This document shows, piece by piece, positions 20,631 through 30,464 of a stretch of 52,292 nt of DNA. Where the stretch lies: assembly GCA_041746575.1 (NCBI GenBank), contig JBGTGT010000016.1:1-52292 (forward strand). Reading direction: 5' to 3'. The stretch is from Microcystaceae cyanobacterium. Lineage in GTDB: Bacteria > Cyanobacteriota > Cyanobacteriia > Cyanobacteriales > Microcystaceae. Numbering within the stretch: position 1 is the first letter of the stretch; the number at the start of each line of letters is the position of its first letter. The notes beneath the pieces were generated by a model, which saw only the letters and a list, made by a program, of their open reading frames with translations, was not told the origin of the DNA and did no database searches. The translations under genes were made by a program, and so were the position numbers.

Positions 20631-21725
20631 TCAAACAGGATGAAAATAAAAAGCAAGTCCTAGTACAATATAAGTCGCTAATAATAAAGTTCCTTCCAAC
20701 CAATTAGAACGACCATCAGAACTAATTGAATTGGCTAATAAAACGGATACCATGACAGCCACTAATTCAAAGGGATTAAAATCTAAATCCATCGGTTGAC
20801 CGATTATCCAACCCACAATGACTAAAACGGGAGCCACAAATAAAGCAATTTGTAAACTTGAACCCACCGCAACAGACACAGACAAATCCATCTTATTTTT
20901 AATGGCAACCGTAACGGCAGTAATGTGTTCTGCGGCATTACCAATAATCGGAATTAAGATAACACCTGTAAAGAGAAAGGTTAAGCCCAAACTTTCTGTT
21001 GCAGCCTCTAAAGAAGAAACTAAAAATTCAGATTCAATAGCAACACCCAAAGTAACAACTAATAAAATAAAAACCCAAAATCCTAAATTAATTTGATGGT
21101 CTTCATCTTTTATTAAAATATCCATCGCCTCTCCTTCTGCCTCTGCAATGCCAACTTCGTAAAGATAGGCGTGGGTTTTCATCGAAAATAATAAACTAAG
21201 ACCGTAGACCACAATTAACACAACAGCAACAGCAACGGACAAGTTTTGCAATGTTTTTTCTTCAATCCCTGTTGAAGTGTATTGTACAGCAGTCGGAAGT
21301 AAGATGGCAACAACGGCTAAATTCATAGAAGAAGCATTCAATCGGGCGGCGAGGGGTTGGAATTCTTGCTCTTTATACTTTAATCCTCCCAATAGCATGG
21401 AAAAACCCATCACAAGCAGTAAATTACTAATAATTGAACCTGTAATCGTCGCTTTAACCACTTCGATTAATCCGGCATTGAGGGCAATTAAAGCTAAAAT
21501 AAGTTCAGTCGCATTGCCGAAAGTAGCATTAAGTAATCCCCCTAAATTAGGGCCAACCACGACAGCAATTTCTTCAGTGGCTATTCCCATAAAAGCGGCA
21601 AGGGGAATAATTGCCAAAGCAGAGGTAATAAAAATCATCACAGCATCCCAATGAAGAAAATGACCTGTCACTGAGACGGGGATAAAAATCAACATTAAAA
21701 AGAAAAAAGTATCTTTGTTGGACAT
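20631..21725 (-). CDS. cax: Ca2+/H+ antiporter
   Basis: Alpha repeats NATFGNATEL and IIGNAAEH. Confidence 0.93.
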   Translation of the reverse strand: MSNKDTFFFLMLIFIPVSVTGHFLHWDAVMIFITSALAIIPLAAFMGIATEEIAVVVGPNLGGLLNATFGNATELILALIALNAGLIEVVKATITGSIISNLLLVMGFSMLLGGLKYKEQEFQPLAARLNASSMNLAVVAILLPTAVQYTSTGIEEKTLQNLSVAVAVVLIVVYGLSLLFSMKTHAYLYEVGIAEAEGEAMDILIKDEDHQINLGFWVFILLVVTLGVAIESEFLVSSLEAATESLGLTFLFTGVILIPIIGNAAEHITAVTVAIKNKMDLSVSVAVGSSLQIALFVAPVLVIVGWIIGQPMDLDFNPFELVAVMVSVLLANSISSDGRSNWLEGTLLLATYIVLGLAFYFHPV

Positions 21726-21810
21726 AAATTTCAAGACGTTAAGAGAAAAAAAATATATATATTTATTTTAGGTTAAAATCTGCTTTAATTCATTGAATCA
21801 CTATAAAGTC

Positions 21811-23766
21811 TTACTTTAGATAAATTAATAAATTTAAGCCCGGAATTGTGCGGGAAAGTGTCCAGAATAACAAGGCTATATACAGGAGTCCTAAACTCCA
21901 TTGATACCAAGCAAATAGAGAGACGACATTGGGCAAAAATTGATCCCGCAAGCGAATATCATTAAAGCCAATTTTCAGAAAATTGTTACAACTAAAATCA
22001 TAGTAATTTAACCAGTTCCAATGTTTTTCCCAAAGGAGGGGAGAATAGCGATCGCGAAAGAAAGCAAATTCGGGTAAAATGGGCAAGCGGACGATCAGTA
22101 AACGCAGTTCTCGCAAACTTCCATCCATCAGTAGATAAGAGGTTTTTAGTAAGTTATGATATCTTCCTCGAATATATAAAATACTAAGACCCATAATACT
22201 AATGGGTAATAATAATACCGCTAAGAGACTTAACGTTGCCCAAGGCCGTTGCGAACAGCGAAAAACATTAAATATTCCTAAGATAATTAAAAATGAAACA
22301 CTGCTCGTCATACAGATAATGTCATAGCGATTGGGTAAAATCGGATAAGGAATCCATTTACGCCATCGGTCAATGAACCAAAAAATACAGCCAAAAAAAG
22401 CAATAATAATGACACCATTCCCTAAAACTAAGCCAAAACTTGTGCCGTAGTTACTAGAGAACAAGAGCAAACTTAATAAAATCCAAGACCAAAATGTTTC
22501 TATCCATCGAAAAGAAAATAATTGTTTAAAAGGGACTTGCCAAACTTGATCGGTCAACTCTTTAAGTTTAAGTTGCTTTGCTTTATATTCCACTAAATTT
22601 GCGTCAGCAATTTGTTCAGAATAACGAAAATTACGGACAAGATTCCGAATAACAGCTTCGTTTCCTTTTAATTTCGTCAAATAAATAGCCCGACCTAAAA
22701 TGCCTGTATCTCCTGAGAGTTCTGCTGAATCAGAATCAAAAGCCAATCCGGCCACATTTAAGCTAGAATCTTGTTCAAATGTGGCATTGCCAAAATCAAT
22801 TTTGTCTAATAATTTGATATCTTGAAAATTGACGCCCTGTTTAAAACGACAAGAGCGAAAAGAGCCGCCTTTTTCAAAGGTTGTATTGCTAAAAGAAACA
22901 GTACTGAAAAAACGAGATTTGGTAAATAACACTCGATCATACCAATAGACTTGACTAAAATCAGCCGTGTCTAACCATTGACTACGACTCAAATCTACTA
23001 ATTTCTTAAATTCTGCTTCTCTAAAGTTAGCATTTTTTTGAAATGTCGCACTGTTAAAGCGAGCATGAGTGGAAAATTGACTTTGATTGAATTCTGTATT
23101 GTCCCAAAAGGTACTGTAAGAAAAATTAACATCTTGACTAAATTTTACTTTACTAAAAATGCTTTTTTTGCCAAAGCGAGTTTCATTAAAGTTAGCTGTC
23201 TGTAGAATTTTGCTCTCTGTCATCTCCACTCGTTGTAGAAAAAAGGTATTACTAAAATCAAGTTCGTTGGTAATAAGAGTGGTGTTTAAGTTCAAAATCC
23301 CTCGAAAAATCGTGATAGAAGGAATAGCCGTTTTACTATCTGCGACAAAATGTTTATCTTGACGCAATTGTTCTTTTTCGGCGGGAGATAAAGTTTGAGG
23401 CAAGGCGGCTTCTGATAGAGGCGTTGATAATCCTAGCGATTGAATATTGAAGTTTCCTCTAATGAGAGAATTGCTGAAATCTAAACCAATTGGTTGCGTA
23501 GAGCGATTGATTTTATTTTGCAGTTGTTGATAAAATAAAATTCTGAAGTCAGCATTACTATCAGATAGATCAATCTGTAACGAACTTAAATCAATCGTCA
23601 AATTGCCTTGGGATAAAACGGGATGATTAATCCTTTCTTGTAATAAGGTTTCGGTTAAGGGTAGTTTATCCGTGTTGGCGATTGTAGGGGAAAGGGTTAA
23701 AATCCACCAGCCAATAATTAAAATTAACAATCGACGGAGTTTTCTCAGCGTAAATTTGGTTATCAT
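21811..23766 (-). CDS. Pentapeptide-repeat membrane protein with a pore-loop-like C-terminus
   Basis: Signal peptide, many (A/V)xFxxxxF repeats, several TM helices, and FSCNNFLKIGFND before the last helix. Confidence 0.75.
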   Translation of the reverse strand: MITKFTLRKLRRLLILIIGWWILTLSPTIANTDKLPLTETLLQERINHPVLSQGNLTIDLSSLQIDLSDSNADFRILFYQQLQNKINRSTQPIGLDFSNSLIRGNFNIQSLGLSTPLSEAALPQTLSPAEKEQLRQDKHFVADSKTAIPSITIFRGILNLNTTLITNELDFSNTFFLQRVEMTESKILQTANFNETRFGKKSIFSKVKFSQDVNFSYSTFWDNTEFNQSQFSTHARFNSATFQKNANFREAEFKKLVDLSRSQWLDTADFSQVYWYDRVLFTKSRFFSTVSFSNTTFEKGGSFRSCRFKQGVNFQDIKLLDKIDFGNATFEQDSSLNVAGLAFDSDSAELSGDTGILGRAIYLTKLKGNEAVIRNLVRNFRYSEQIADANLVEYKAKQLKLKELTDQVWQVPFKQLFSFRWIETFWSWILLSLLLFSSNYGTSFGLVLGNGVIIIAFFGCIFWFIDRWRKWIPYPILPNRYDIICMTSSVSFLIILGIFNVFRCSQRPWATLSLLAVLLLPISIMGLSILYIRGRYHNLLKTSYLLMDGSLRELRLLIVRLPILPEFAFFRDRYSPLLWEKHWNWLNYYDFSCNNFLKIGFNDIRLRDQFLPNVVSLFAWYQWSLGLLYIALLFWTLSRTIPGLNLLIYLK

Positions 23767-23868
23767 ACACCTTGTTTGAAGACAGAGAAAGCAAAAGGGA
23801 AAATAAATAAGGGCGTTTTGATAGTCAAATTTTATTTATTAAAAAACAAAAAACGTTTGCTCAAATAT

Positions 23869-24162
23869 TTATTTATGTAAAATCTTTTGAATCATATTTT
23901 CTAACGTTATTTGACTCAATGGCGTAACGATAAAGACCTCTTGGACGGTTTTTCCCTGTCGTGCAATAACTTTATATCCGCCTCGAATCGGAACAGATAC
24001 GCGCAATTTTAAATGAGGACAATGCCCTCTAGAACGACTAATCACTCCCGGTGTAATAGTATTAATTCCCTCTTGTTGGCTTAACTTTTCGAGGATAGGA
24101 ATAAGGCCTTGAAGATGAGTGGAGTGATTCCAAACGAGTCGGCCATGATTGGGTGATTTCAT
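23869..24162 (-). CDS. DUF2103 family protein
   Basis: Motifs GRLVWNHSTH and ARQGKTVQEVF; downstream of clpS. Confidence 0.8.
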   Translation of the reverse strand: MKSPNHGRLVWNHSTHLQGLIPILEKLSQQEGINTITPGVISRSRGHCPHLKLRVSVPIRGGYKVIARQGKTVQEVFIVTPLSQITLENMIQKILHK

Positions 24163-24166
24163 AAGA

Positions 24167-24478
24167 TTATGTCGCCTCCAAAGGAGCCATTGTTAAGCCT
24201 TCTCGACGGAGTTGTTGATGATAGAGTTCAGCTTGTTCTTGGGGACCTGTCCATACAATTGCTTGTCCTTCATAATGAACTTGATTGGTTAATTCCCATG
24301 CTCTATCACTGGTCATGTTAGGAATATGCTTTATTAGGCAATCCACAACGTGCTGAAAGGTATTGAAATCGTCGTTAAGAACAATGACTTTATAATTAGG
24401 ATAGAGCTTACGAACGACCGTTGTAGAACGTTCTGCGGTTACGGTGGGAGAAGTGGACATTATTTGCTGACTCATCAC
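24167..24478 (-). CDS. clpS: Clp protease adaptor
   Basis: Motifs YKVIVLNDDFNTFQHV and VHYEGQA. Confidence 0.95.
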   Translation of the reverse strand: MMSQQIMSTSPTVTAERSTTVVRKLYPNYKVIVLNDDFNTFQHVVDCLIKHIPNMTSDRAWELTNQVHYEGQAIVWTGPQEQAELYHQQLRREGLTMAPLEAT

Positions 24479-24895
24479 AAAAAGAAACGCTTTTTCTTAG
24501 TCAATTAGCTTCAATTTACTACTCTTCTACTATATCATTAGGCGTTCCCGATTGATTTAAAGTCTGAAATTCATTACCTAAAATTGTGAATAAGACAAAG
24601 CGATTGCGTCTCTGGACAGGGATACTAAAGAAAAGCAAGCTAAATAGGGGCGTCTTTAGACCGATTGACCTGATTTTATGAATTAGAGTCACTAAATTAC
24701 CCCAGAATTAAAACATCATTAACCCAGTTTTTGATAATTATCGGTAGAAAGCACGAAAAAAAATTGAATACAAAAATAAACGATTTGCCGACTTAAACTT
24801 TCTCCATTAGGCATTGAAGAACTTCTCTAAAAAATGATTTGACAACTTACTCTAAAATGAGAATATTGTCTATTGCTATTTTGGGGAGTATTAAG

Positions 24896-25489
24896 TTGAT
24901 TCTCGTTATCGACAATTATGACAGTTTTACTTACAATCTAGTGCAGTATTTAGGGGAATTGGCCAGCGAATTGCCCGTTGCGTCTCAAATTGAAGTTTAT
25001 CGCAACGATAAAATTAATCTCGAAACCATTGAGCAACTAAACCCCGATGGCATTGTCATTTCTCCCGGCCCAGGTCGTCCCGAAAATGCAGGTATTTCTC
25101 TAGAAATTATCAAAAAATTAGGTAAAACAAAACCTATTTTAGGCGTTTGCTTAGGTCATCAAGGCATTGGTCACGTTTTCGGCGGACAAGTTGTCTCTGC
25201 ACCCGTTCTGATGCACGGTAAAACCTCAGAAATTCATCATAAAGGGGTCGGTGTATTTGCCGGATTAGACAATCCAATGACCGCCACCCGTTATCATAGT
25301 TTAGTGATTGACCGAGATAGCTTGCCGACGGTGTTAGAAATGACGGCTTGGGTAGAAGACGGTACAATTATGGGGGTGCGTCATCGAGATTATCCTCATA
25401 TTCAAGGAGTACAGTTCCATCCTGAGAGTATTTTGACCCCATCGGGTAAGTCCTTGTTACGCAATTTTTTGGTGTCTTTGGGGAGTTAG
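24896..25489 (+). CDS. trpG: Anthranilate / aminodeoxychorismate synthase component II
   Basis: Motifs IDNYDSFTYN, GVCLGHQ and QFHPES; TTG 24896 follows a GGGGAG Shine-Dalgarno. Confidence 0.9.
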   Translation: MILVIDNYDSFTYNLVQYLGELASELPVASQIEVYRNDKINLETIEQLNPDGIVISPGPGRPENAGISLEIIKKLGKTKPILGVCLGHQGIGHVFGGQVVSAPVLMHGKTSEIHHKGVGVFAGLDNPMTATRYHSLVIDRDSLPTVLEMTAWVEDGTIMGVRHRDYPHIQGVQFHPESILTPSGKSLLRNFLVSLGS

Positions 25490-26286
25490 TGCAGAAAATC
25501 ATGCAACGGCGACAATTCATTCGTTATACGAGTATCGGTGTCCTTAGTTTTGTGAGCATGGGAAAGCCTTCCCGTGTTTTAGCTCAAAAAATTAGTAATA
25601 GTGGAATTTTAATTCAATATTTGGGTCATACCTGCTTTTTACTGACAGGAGGAGGTATGCGGATTCTGATCAACCCCTTCCGTGCTATTGGTTGTACACA
25701 AGGATATATCTTGCCTAAAGTAGAAGCAGACTTAGTCCTTATTAGTAGTCAGTTATGGGACGAAGGTGCGGCCGAAAATTTACCCGGAAACCCTAAAATA
25801 TTGTATCAACCCGGTGTATATGAAATTAACGGCTTTCAACTGCAAGGTATTAGCGTTCCCCACGATCGCAAAGGGGGAGTACAATTTGGCACAAATGTCG
25901 TCTGGCGATGGAATCAAGCAGGATTAAAAATTCTTCATTTAGGAGGAGCAGCTGCTCCCATTGAGCTTGAACAGAAGATTTTAATGGGAACACCTGATGT
26001 GGCTTTTATTCCCGTCGGAGGAGGCCTAAAAGCTTATAATCCTGAAGAAGCGAAGCAAGCGATGGAAGTGTTAAACCCTAGAATTATGATTCCCACGCAA
26101 TACTTAACGGCGGCGGCGGATAAAAAGGCCTGTGATATTGTGGGGGTAGATCAATTTTTAGCCTTAGTTGAAGGGATGAATATTCGCAAAATAAACAATA
26201 ATCAGTTGCGAGTCCAAGCCCAAGATTTACCTCAAAAAGGAACGTTGATTCGAGTGCTAGATAGTCAAAAAGTCATTAAATCTTAA
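25489..26286 (+). CDS. MBL-fold protein with a Tat signal
   Basis: QRRQFI twin-arginine signal; YLGHTCFL and FIPVGG. Confidence 0.8.
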   Translation: MQKIMQRRQFIRYTSIGVLSFVSMGKPSRVLAQKISNSGILIQYLGHTCFLLTGGGMRILINPFRAIGCTQGYILPKVEADLVLISSQLWDEGAAENLPGNPKILYQPGVYEINGFQLQGISVPHDRKGGVQFGTNVVWRWNQAGLKILHLGGAAAPIELEQKILMGTPDVAFIPVGGGLKAYNPEEAKQAMEVLNPRIMIPTQYLTAAADKKACDIVGVDQFLALVEGMNIRKINNNQLRVQAQDLPQKGTLIRVLDSQKVIKS

Positions 26287-26413
26287 AGAATTTGCTTTTT
26301 CTCAAAACCGGCTATCGGTGAAGTCAACGGAACGAAAAAAAAGAATCAAAAATCGTGAAACATAACCGTGAATTTCTAACAATTGACGGCTTAAATTCTG
26401 ATGATTGACCGCT

Positions 26414-26458
26414 AAATACTAGAGAGTTTCAGGAATTTCCTGAAACTCTCTAGTATTT
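26414..26458. repeat. Perfect 45-bp inverted repeat (22-bp arms, 1-nt centre)
   Basis: AAATACTAGAGAGTTTCAGGAA-T-TTCCTGAAACTCTCTAGTATTT. Confidence 0.95.
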
Positions 26459-26459
26459 T

Positions 26460-26501
26460 GTATCCTAGATAACAATTTTTCTGAAGAGGGTTCCCTAAGA
26501 T
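26460..26501 (+). promoter_or_regulatory. NtcA-activated (class II) promoter of urtA
   Basis: GTA-TCCTAGAT-AAC (26460-26473; consensus GTAN8TAC), then TAAGAT (TAN3T) exactly 22 nt downstream. urt genes are known NtcA targets. Confidence 0.75.
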
Positions 26502-26589
26502 AGAGACTTTGTATCTCTTAAGATAAATACCGCTCCTCAACCTTAAATAACAGCACAATGACACTAAACCAATCATTATCTAGATAATT

Positions 26590-27888
26590 ATGACAAGAAG
26601 AATCGGAAGACGAAAATTTATCATTTACAGTTCTGCAACACTGGGAACAAGCCTATTACTGAAAGCCTGCGGACAAAGTGGAGAACAAGCCACCGAGAAT
26701 ACCTCCGTTACTCCTGTCGCCAGTGGAGATGCCATCAAAGTGGGTATCTTGCATTCTCTCAGTGGCACAATGGCCATTAGTGAAACCACGGTGGTTGAAG
26801 CCGAAAAGTTAGCCATTGAAGAAATCAATGCGGCTGGCGGCGTTCTGGGTAAACAGATTGAAATTGTTGAAGAAGATGGACAATCAGATTGGCCGACTTT
26901 TGCTGAAAAAGCGACTAAATTAATTGACCAAGATAAGGTGGCGACTGTTTTTGGTTGTTGGACATCCGCCAGTCGTAAAGCGGTTTTACCTGTTTTTGAA
27001 TCCAAAAATCATTTGTTATGGTATCCCGTTCAATACGAAGGTCAAGAATGTTCTAAGAATATTTTCTACACAGGTGCAGCACCTAATCAACAAATTGAAC
27101 CTGCCGTTGATTGGTTATTAGAAAACAAAGGCAAAGAATTTTTCTTAGTGGGTTCTGATTATGTTTTTCCTCGGACAGCTAATACCATTATTAAAGAACA
27201 ATTAAGTGCCAAAGGAGCTAAAACGGTAGGTGAGGATTATTTACCTTTGGGAAATACCGAAGTGACGCCGATTATTACTAAGATTAAAGCCGCTTTACCG
27301 AATGGAGGCGTTATCTTTAATACCCTCAATGGCGATAGTAATGTTGCCTTCTTTAAACAAATGCAAGGAGCGGGTTTAACCCCCGATAAATACCCCGTCA
27401 TGTCGGTCAGTATTGCCGAAGAAGAAGTGCGTCAAATTGGGGTGGAATACCTTAAAGATCATTACGCTTCTTGGAATTATTTCCAAACGGTAGATACTCC
27501 TGCCAATCAGAAATTTGTAGAAGCCTTTAAAGCTAAATATGGCCAAGATAGAGTCCTAAATGACCCGATGGAAGCCGCCTATATTATGGTTTATTTGTGG
27601 AAACAAGCCGTCGAAAAAGCGGGAACTGCCGATGATTTAGAAAAGGTCAAAATGGCCGCCGTTGGGCAAGAATTTGATGCCCCAGAAGGCAAAGTAAAAA
27701 TGTATCCTAATCACCATATTTCTAAGACTGTTCGGATTGGTCAAGTGCGAGAAGATGGCTTATTTGATATTGTTTGGTCATCCGATGGCCCAGTAGAACC
27801 GATTCCTTGGAATCAATACGTTCCTGATACTAAAGGTTACGCTTGCGACTGGACTGACCCCAATAAAGGAGGTAAGTATAAAATTTAA
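26590..27888 (+). CDS. urtA: Urea ABC transporter substrate-binding lipoprotein
   Basis: Motifs [32 protein letters not shown] and YPVQYEGQE. Confidence 0.96.
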   Translation: MTRRIGRRKFIIYSSATLGTSLLLKACGQSGEQATENTSVTPVASGDAIKVGILHSLSGTMAISETTVVEAEKLAIEEINAAGGVLGKQIEIVEEDGQSDWPTFAEKATKLIDQDKVATVFGCWTSASRKAVLPVFESKNHLLWYPVQYEGQECSKNIFYTGAAPNQQIEPAVDWLLENKGKEFFLVGSDYVFPRTANTIIKEQLSAKGAKTVGEDYLPLGNTEVTPIITKIKAALPNGGVIFNTLNGDSNVAFFKQMQGAGLTPDKYPVMSVSIAEEEVRQIGVEYLKDHYASWNYFQTVDTPANQKFVEAFKAKYGQDRVLNDPMEAAYIMVYLWKQAVEKAGTADDLEKVKMAAVGQEFDAPEGKVKMYPNHHISKTVRIGQVREDGLFDIVWSSDGPVEPIPWNQYVPDTKGYACDWTDPNKGGKYKI

Positions 27889-27912
27889 GGAACTTAATCC
27901 CCGTTAGACGTA

Positions 27913-27955
27913 TCAGTAGTCAGTTGACCTAACTAGGTAAATAACTGATTACTGA
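27913..27955 (+). other. Intercistronic stem-loop between urtA and urtB
   Basis: TCAGTAGTCAGTT pairs with AACTGATTACTGA (one G-U); no U-tract follows. Confidence 0.55.
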
Positions 27956-28006
27956 GGGATTATAAACAAATATACATCCAAAACTCCCTATTGTTCACGG
28001 ATAATT

Positions 28007-29173
28007 ATGTCACCATTATTTGAAGCAATATTCAATGGAATTAGTATTGGTTCAGTTCTTCTTATCGCCGCTTTAGGACTAGCCATCGTGTTTGGACTGA
28101 TGGGGGTTATTAACCTCGCCCACGGTGAATTGATGATGTTAGGAGCTTACACAACTTTCGTGGTGCAAAATGTGTTTAAAGGATGGGGCGAACCCTTTTT
28201 TAGCATCTACATTTTATTTGCTATTCCTATCTCTTTTGTAATCGCAGGTTTAGTCGGATTACTATTAGAGAGAGGCGTGATTCGGTTTCTTTATGGTCGC
28301 CCGTTAGAAACGCTTTTGGCCACTTGGGGCGTCAGCTTAATTTTACGGCAATTCGTGCGCAGTGTAAATGGCACATTGATGATCGGGATTGTCCTTTTCA
28401 GTTTACTCTTTTTTGGGGCATTATGGTTACTGAAAAAGCAAGCCAATTGGTTAGAAATTCGCAATAAAGCGATCGCCCTTATTTTGGCTTTATCTTTAGC
28501 GATTGCTACAGGGGTTGGTATTCTTATTAATAATAGCAAAAATCCCACCTTAACGAAAGCATGGTTTAGTGCCAGAAATGTAGATGTCACTGCCCCCGCA
28601 TGGTTACGGGGAGGGCTACCCGTAATGGGTTTTCAGATACCCTATGCCCGCTTATTTATTATTGTCTTAACGATACTTTGTTTACTGGGAACGTATTGGT
28701 TTTTAAACCGTTCTAATTGGGGATTACGCATTCGTTCAGTGACTCAAAATCGAACAATGAGTGCTTGCCTAGGTATCCCCACAGATAAAATTGATGCCCT
28801 CACGTTTGCCATTGGTTCAGGGTTAGCAGGAATTGCCGGCTGTGCGATTAGTTTACTCGGTTCTGTCGGCCCCAATACGGGACAAAATTACATTGTAGAT
28901 ACCTTCATGGTTGTTGTCGTTGGAGGAGTGGGAAATTTGGTAGGAACAATTATTGCGGCAATGGGAATTGGTATCTTGAATTATTTAATCGGCTCAGGGA
29001 CATTAGCCTTAATGTCAGGCACAATAGAAGGATTAAGACCTTTAACTGATATCTTCACCTTTTTCGCAACCACCAGCATGGCAAAGGTTCTGATTTTTGT
29101 CTTAATTATTGCCTTTTTACAAATTAAACCGGCTGGACTTTTTCCCCCGAAAGGAAGAACCGCAGAGTTATAG
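28007..29173 (+). CDS. urtB: Urea ABC transporter permease
   Basis: Motifs GLMGVINLAHGE and RPLETLLATWG. Confidence 0.94.
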   Translation: MSPLFEAIFNGISIGSVLLIAALGLAIVFGLMGVINLAHGELMMLGAYTTFVVQNVFKGWGEPFFSIYILFAIPISFVIAGLVGLLLERGVIRFLYGRPLETLLATWGVSLILRQFVRSVNGTLMIGIVLFSLLFFGALWLLKKQANWLEIRNKAIALILALSLAIATGVGILINNSKNPTLTKAWFSARNVDVTAPAWLRGGLPVMGFQIPYARLFIIVLTILCLLGTYWFLNRSNWGLRIRSVTQNRTMSACLGIPTDKIDALTFAIGSGLAGIAGCAISLLGSVGPNTGQNYIVDTFMVVVVGGVGNLVGTIIAAMGIGILNYLIGSGTLALMSGTIEGLRPLTDIFTFFATTSMAKVLIFVLIIAFLQIKPAGLFPPKGRTAEL

Positions 29174-29296
29174 ATGAATGCTGAATCTTAAGTCAAGCAA
29201 TCGAACAGTTACCAGTAGTAGAAAAATATTTTTGGCGTTCAGAATTCACCGAATCCAAACCCTATCTTCCTTAACCTTATTTATCATTGAAGTATC

Positions 29297-30463
29297 ATGA
29301 TTGATCAACCCTGTATACCGAATCGGACAAACACCAAAAATCGAAAATTCTTGATAGAATTAGGACTCTTAATCGGTTTAGCCGTTCTTGTTGGCATTTT
29401 TATGCCTTTGATTTTACCGGCTTTTCGCTTACAAGTTTTGGGACGCACCTTTGCTTTAGCGATTGTAGCATTAGGAATTGATTTAATTTGGGGTTATACG
29501 GGTTTATTGAGCTTAGGTCATGGTATTTTCTTCGCATTGGGCGGTTATGCTATTGCCATGCACTTGAACTTGAAACTGCCAGACGGCCAACTTCCCGAAT
29601 TTTTTGGACTGTATGGGGTTAAGGAATTACCGATATTTTGGCAACCTTTTTATTCTTTTCCTTTAACCTTGATTTTGATGTTAATTGTTCCTGCCTTAAT
29701 TGCTGGCTTTTTAGGGTATTTAGTCTTTCGGAATCGCATTAAAGGGGTTTATTTTTCGATTCTAACGCAGGCAGCTTTATTAGTTTTTTATAACTTCTTC
29801 AACGGACAACAAAAGTTAATTAATGGCACCAATGGATTAAAAACCGACACCCAAGAAATCTTTGGCGTGTTAGCCGGTTCGCCTCAAGCGCAGGTAGCCT
29901 TTTTTGAAGTAACGCTGGTTGCCTTAGTATTAGTTTATCTATTGTGTCGCTGGTTGACCAGTGGTCGTTTTGGTCGCCTTTTAACTGCCATCCGAGATGA
30001 TGAAGTTCGCGTTAGATTTTCGGGTTATGATCCTACTTGGTTTAAGGTATTTGTCTTTGCAATTTCTGGGGCAATTGCAGGGATTTCGGGTGCCTTATAT
30101 ACGGTACAAACAGGCATTATCAACCCCAGTTTTATGGATGTCGCTTTCTCCATTGAAATGGTAATTTGGGTGGCGGTAGGTGGACGCGCCACTCTAGTAG
30201 GAGCTATCTTAGGTACGTTATTAGTGCGCCTCGGACAAACGGCATTAAGCGAACAATTTCCGGCGATTTGGCTCTTTTTCCAAGGGGCGTTATTTTTAAT
30301 TGTTGTGACGGTTTTACCTAATGGAATTTTAGGGTGGTTAAAAGAAAATGGAATCAATCAAGTTCGTTCTTTATTTGGGCTACAAAAGCGGTTAATTACC
30401 TATCCTGAAATTGATGTAAATCCTGACATTCAGCAAGAACGGGAGGAGGTTGAACACCGATAA
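29297..30463 (+). CDS. urtC: Urea ABC transporter permease
   Basis: Motifs DLIWGYTGLLSLGHG, IKGVYFSILTQA and SIEMVIWVAVGGR. Confidence 0.94.
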   Translation: MIDQPCIPNRTNTKNRKFLIELGLLIGLAVLVGIFMPLILPAFRLQVLGRTFALAIVALGIDLIWGYTGLLSLGHGIFFALGGYAIAMHLNLKLPDGQLPEFFGLYGVKELPIFWQPFYSFPLTLILMLIVPALIAGFLGYLVFRNRIKGVYFSILTQAALLVFYNFFNGQQKLINGTNGLKTDTQEIFGVLAGSPQAQVAFFEVTLVALVLVYLLCRWLTSGRFGRLLTAIRDDEVRVRFSGYDPTWFKVFVFAISGAIAGISGALYTVQTGIINPSFMDVAFSIEMVIWVAVGGRATLVGAILGTLLVRLGQTALSEQFPAIWLFFQGALFLIVVTVLPNGILGWLKENGINQVRSLFGLQKRLITYPEIDVNPDIQQEREEVEHR

Positions 30464-30464
30464 T

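Noticed and set aside
24586..24681. 31-codon ORF with one Trp upstream of trpG, as an attenuator leader
   Set aside because: It has a single Trp, a GTG start without a clear RBS, and no terminator/antiterminator pair.
26590..30463. Absence of urtD/urtE as evidence of a broken transporter
   Set aside because: urt genes are dispersed in some unicellular cyanobacteria such as Synechocystis, so the ATPase genes may lie elsewhere.
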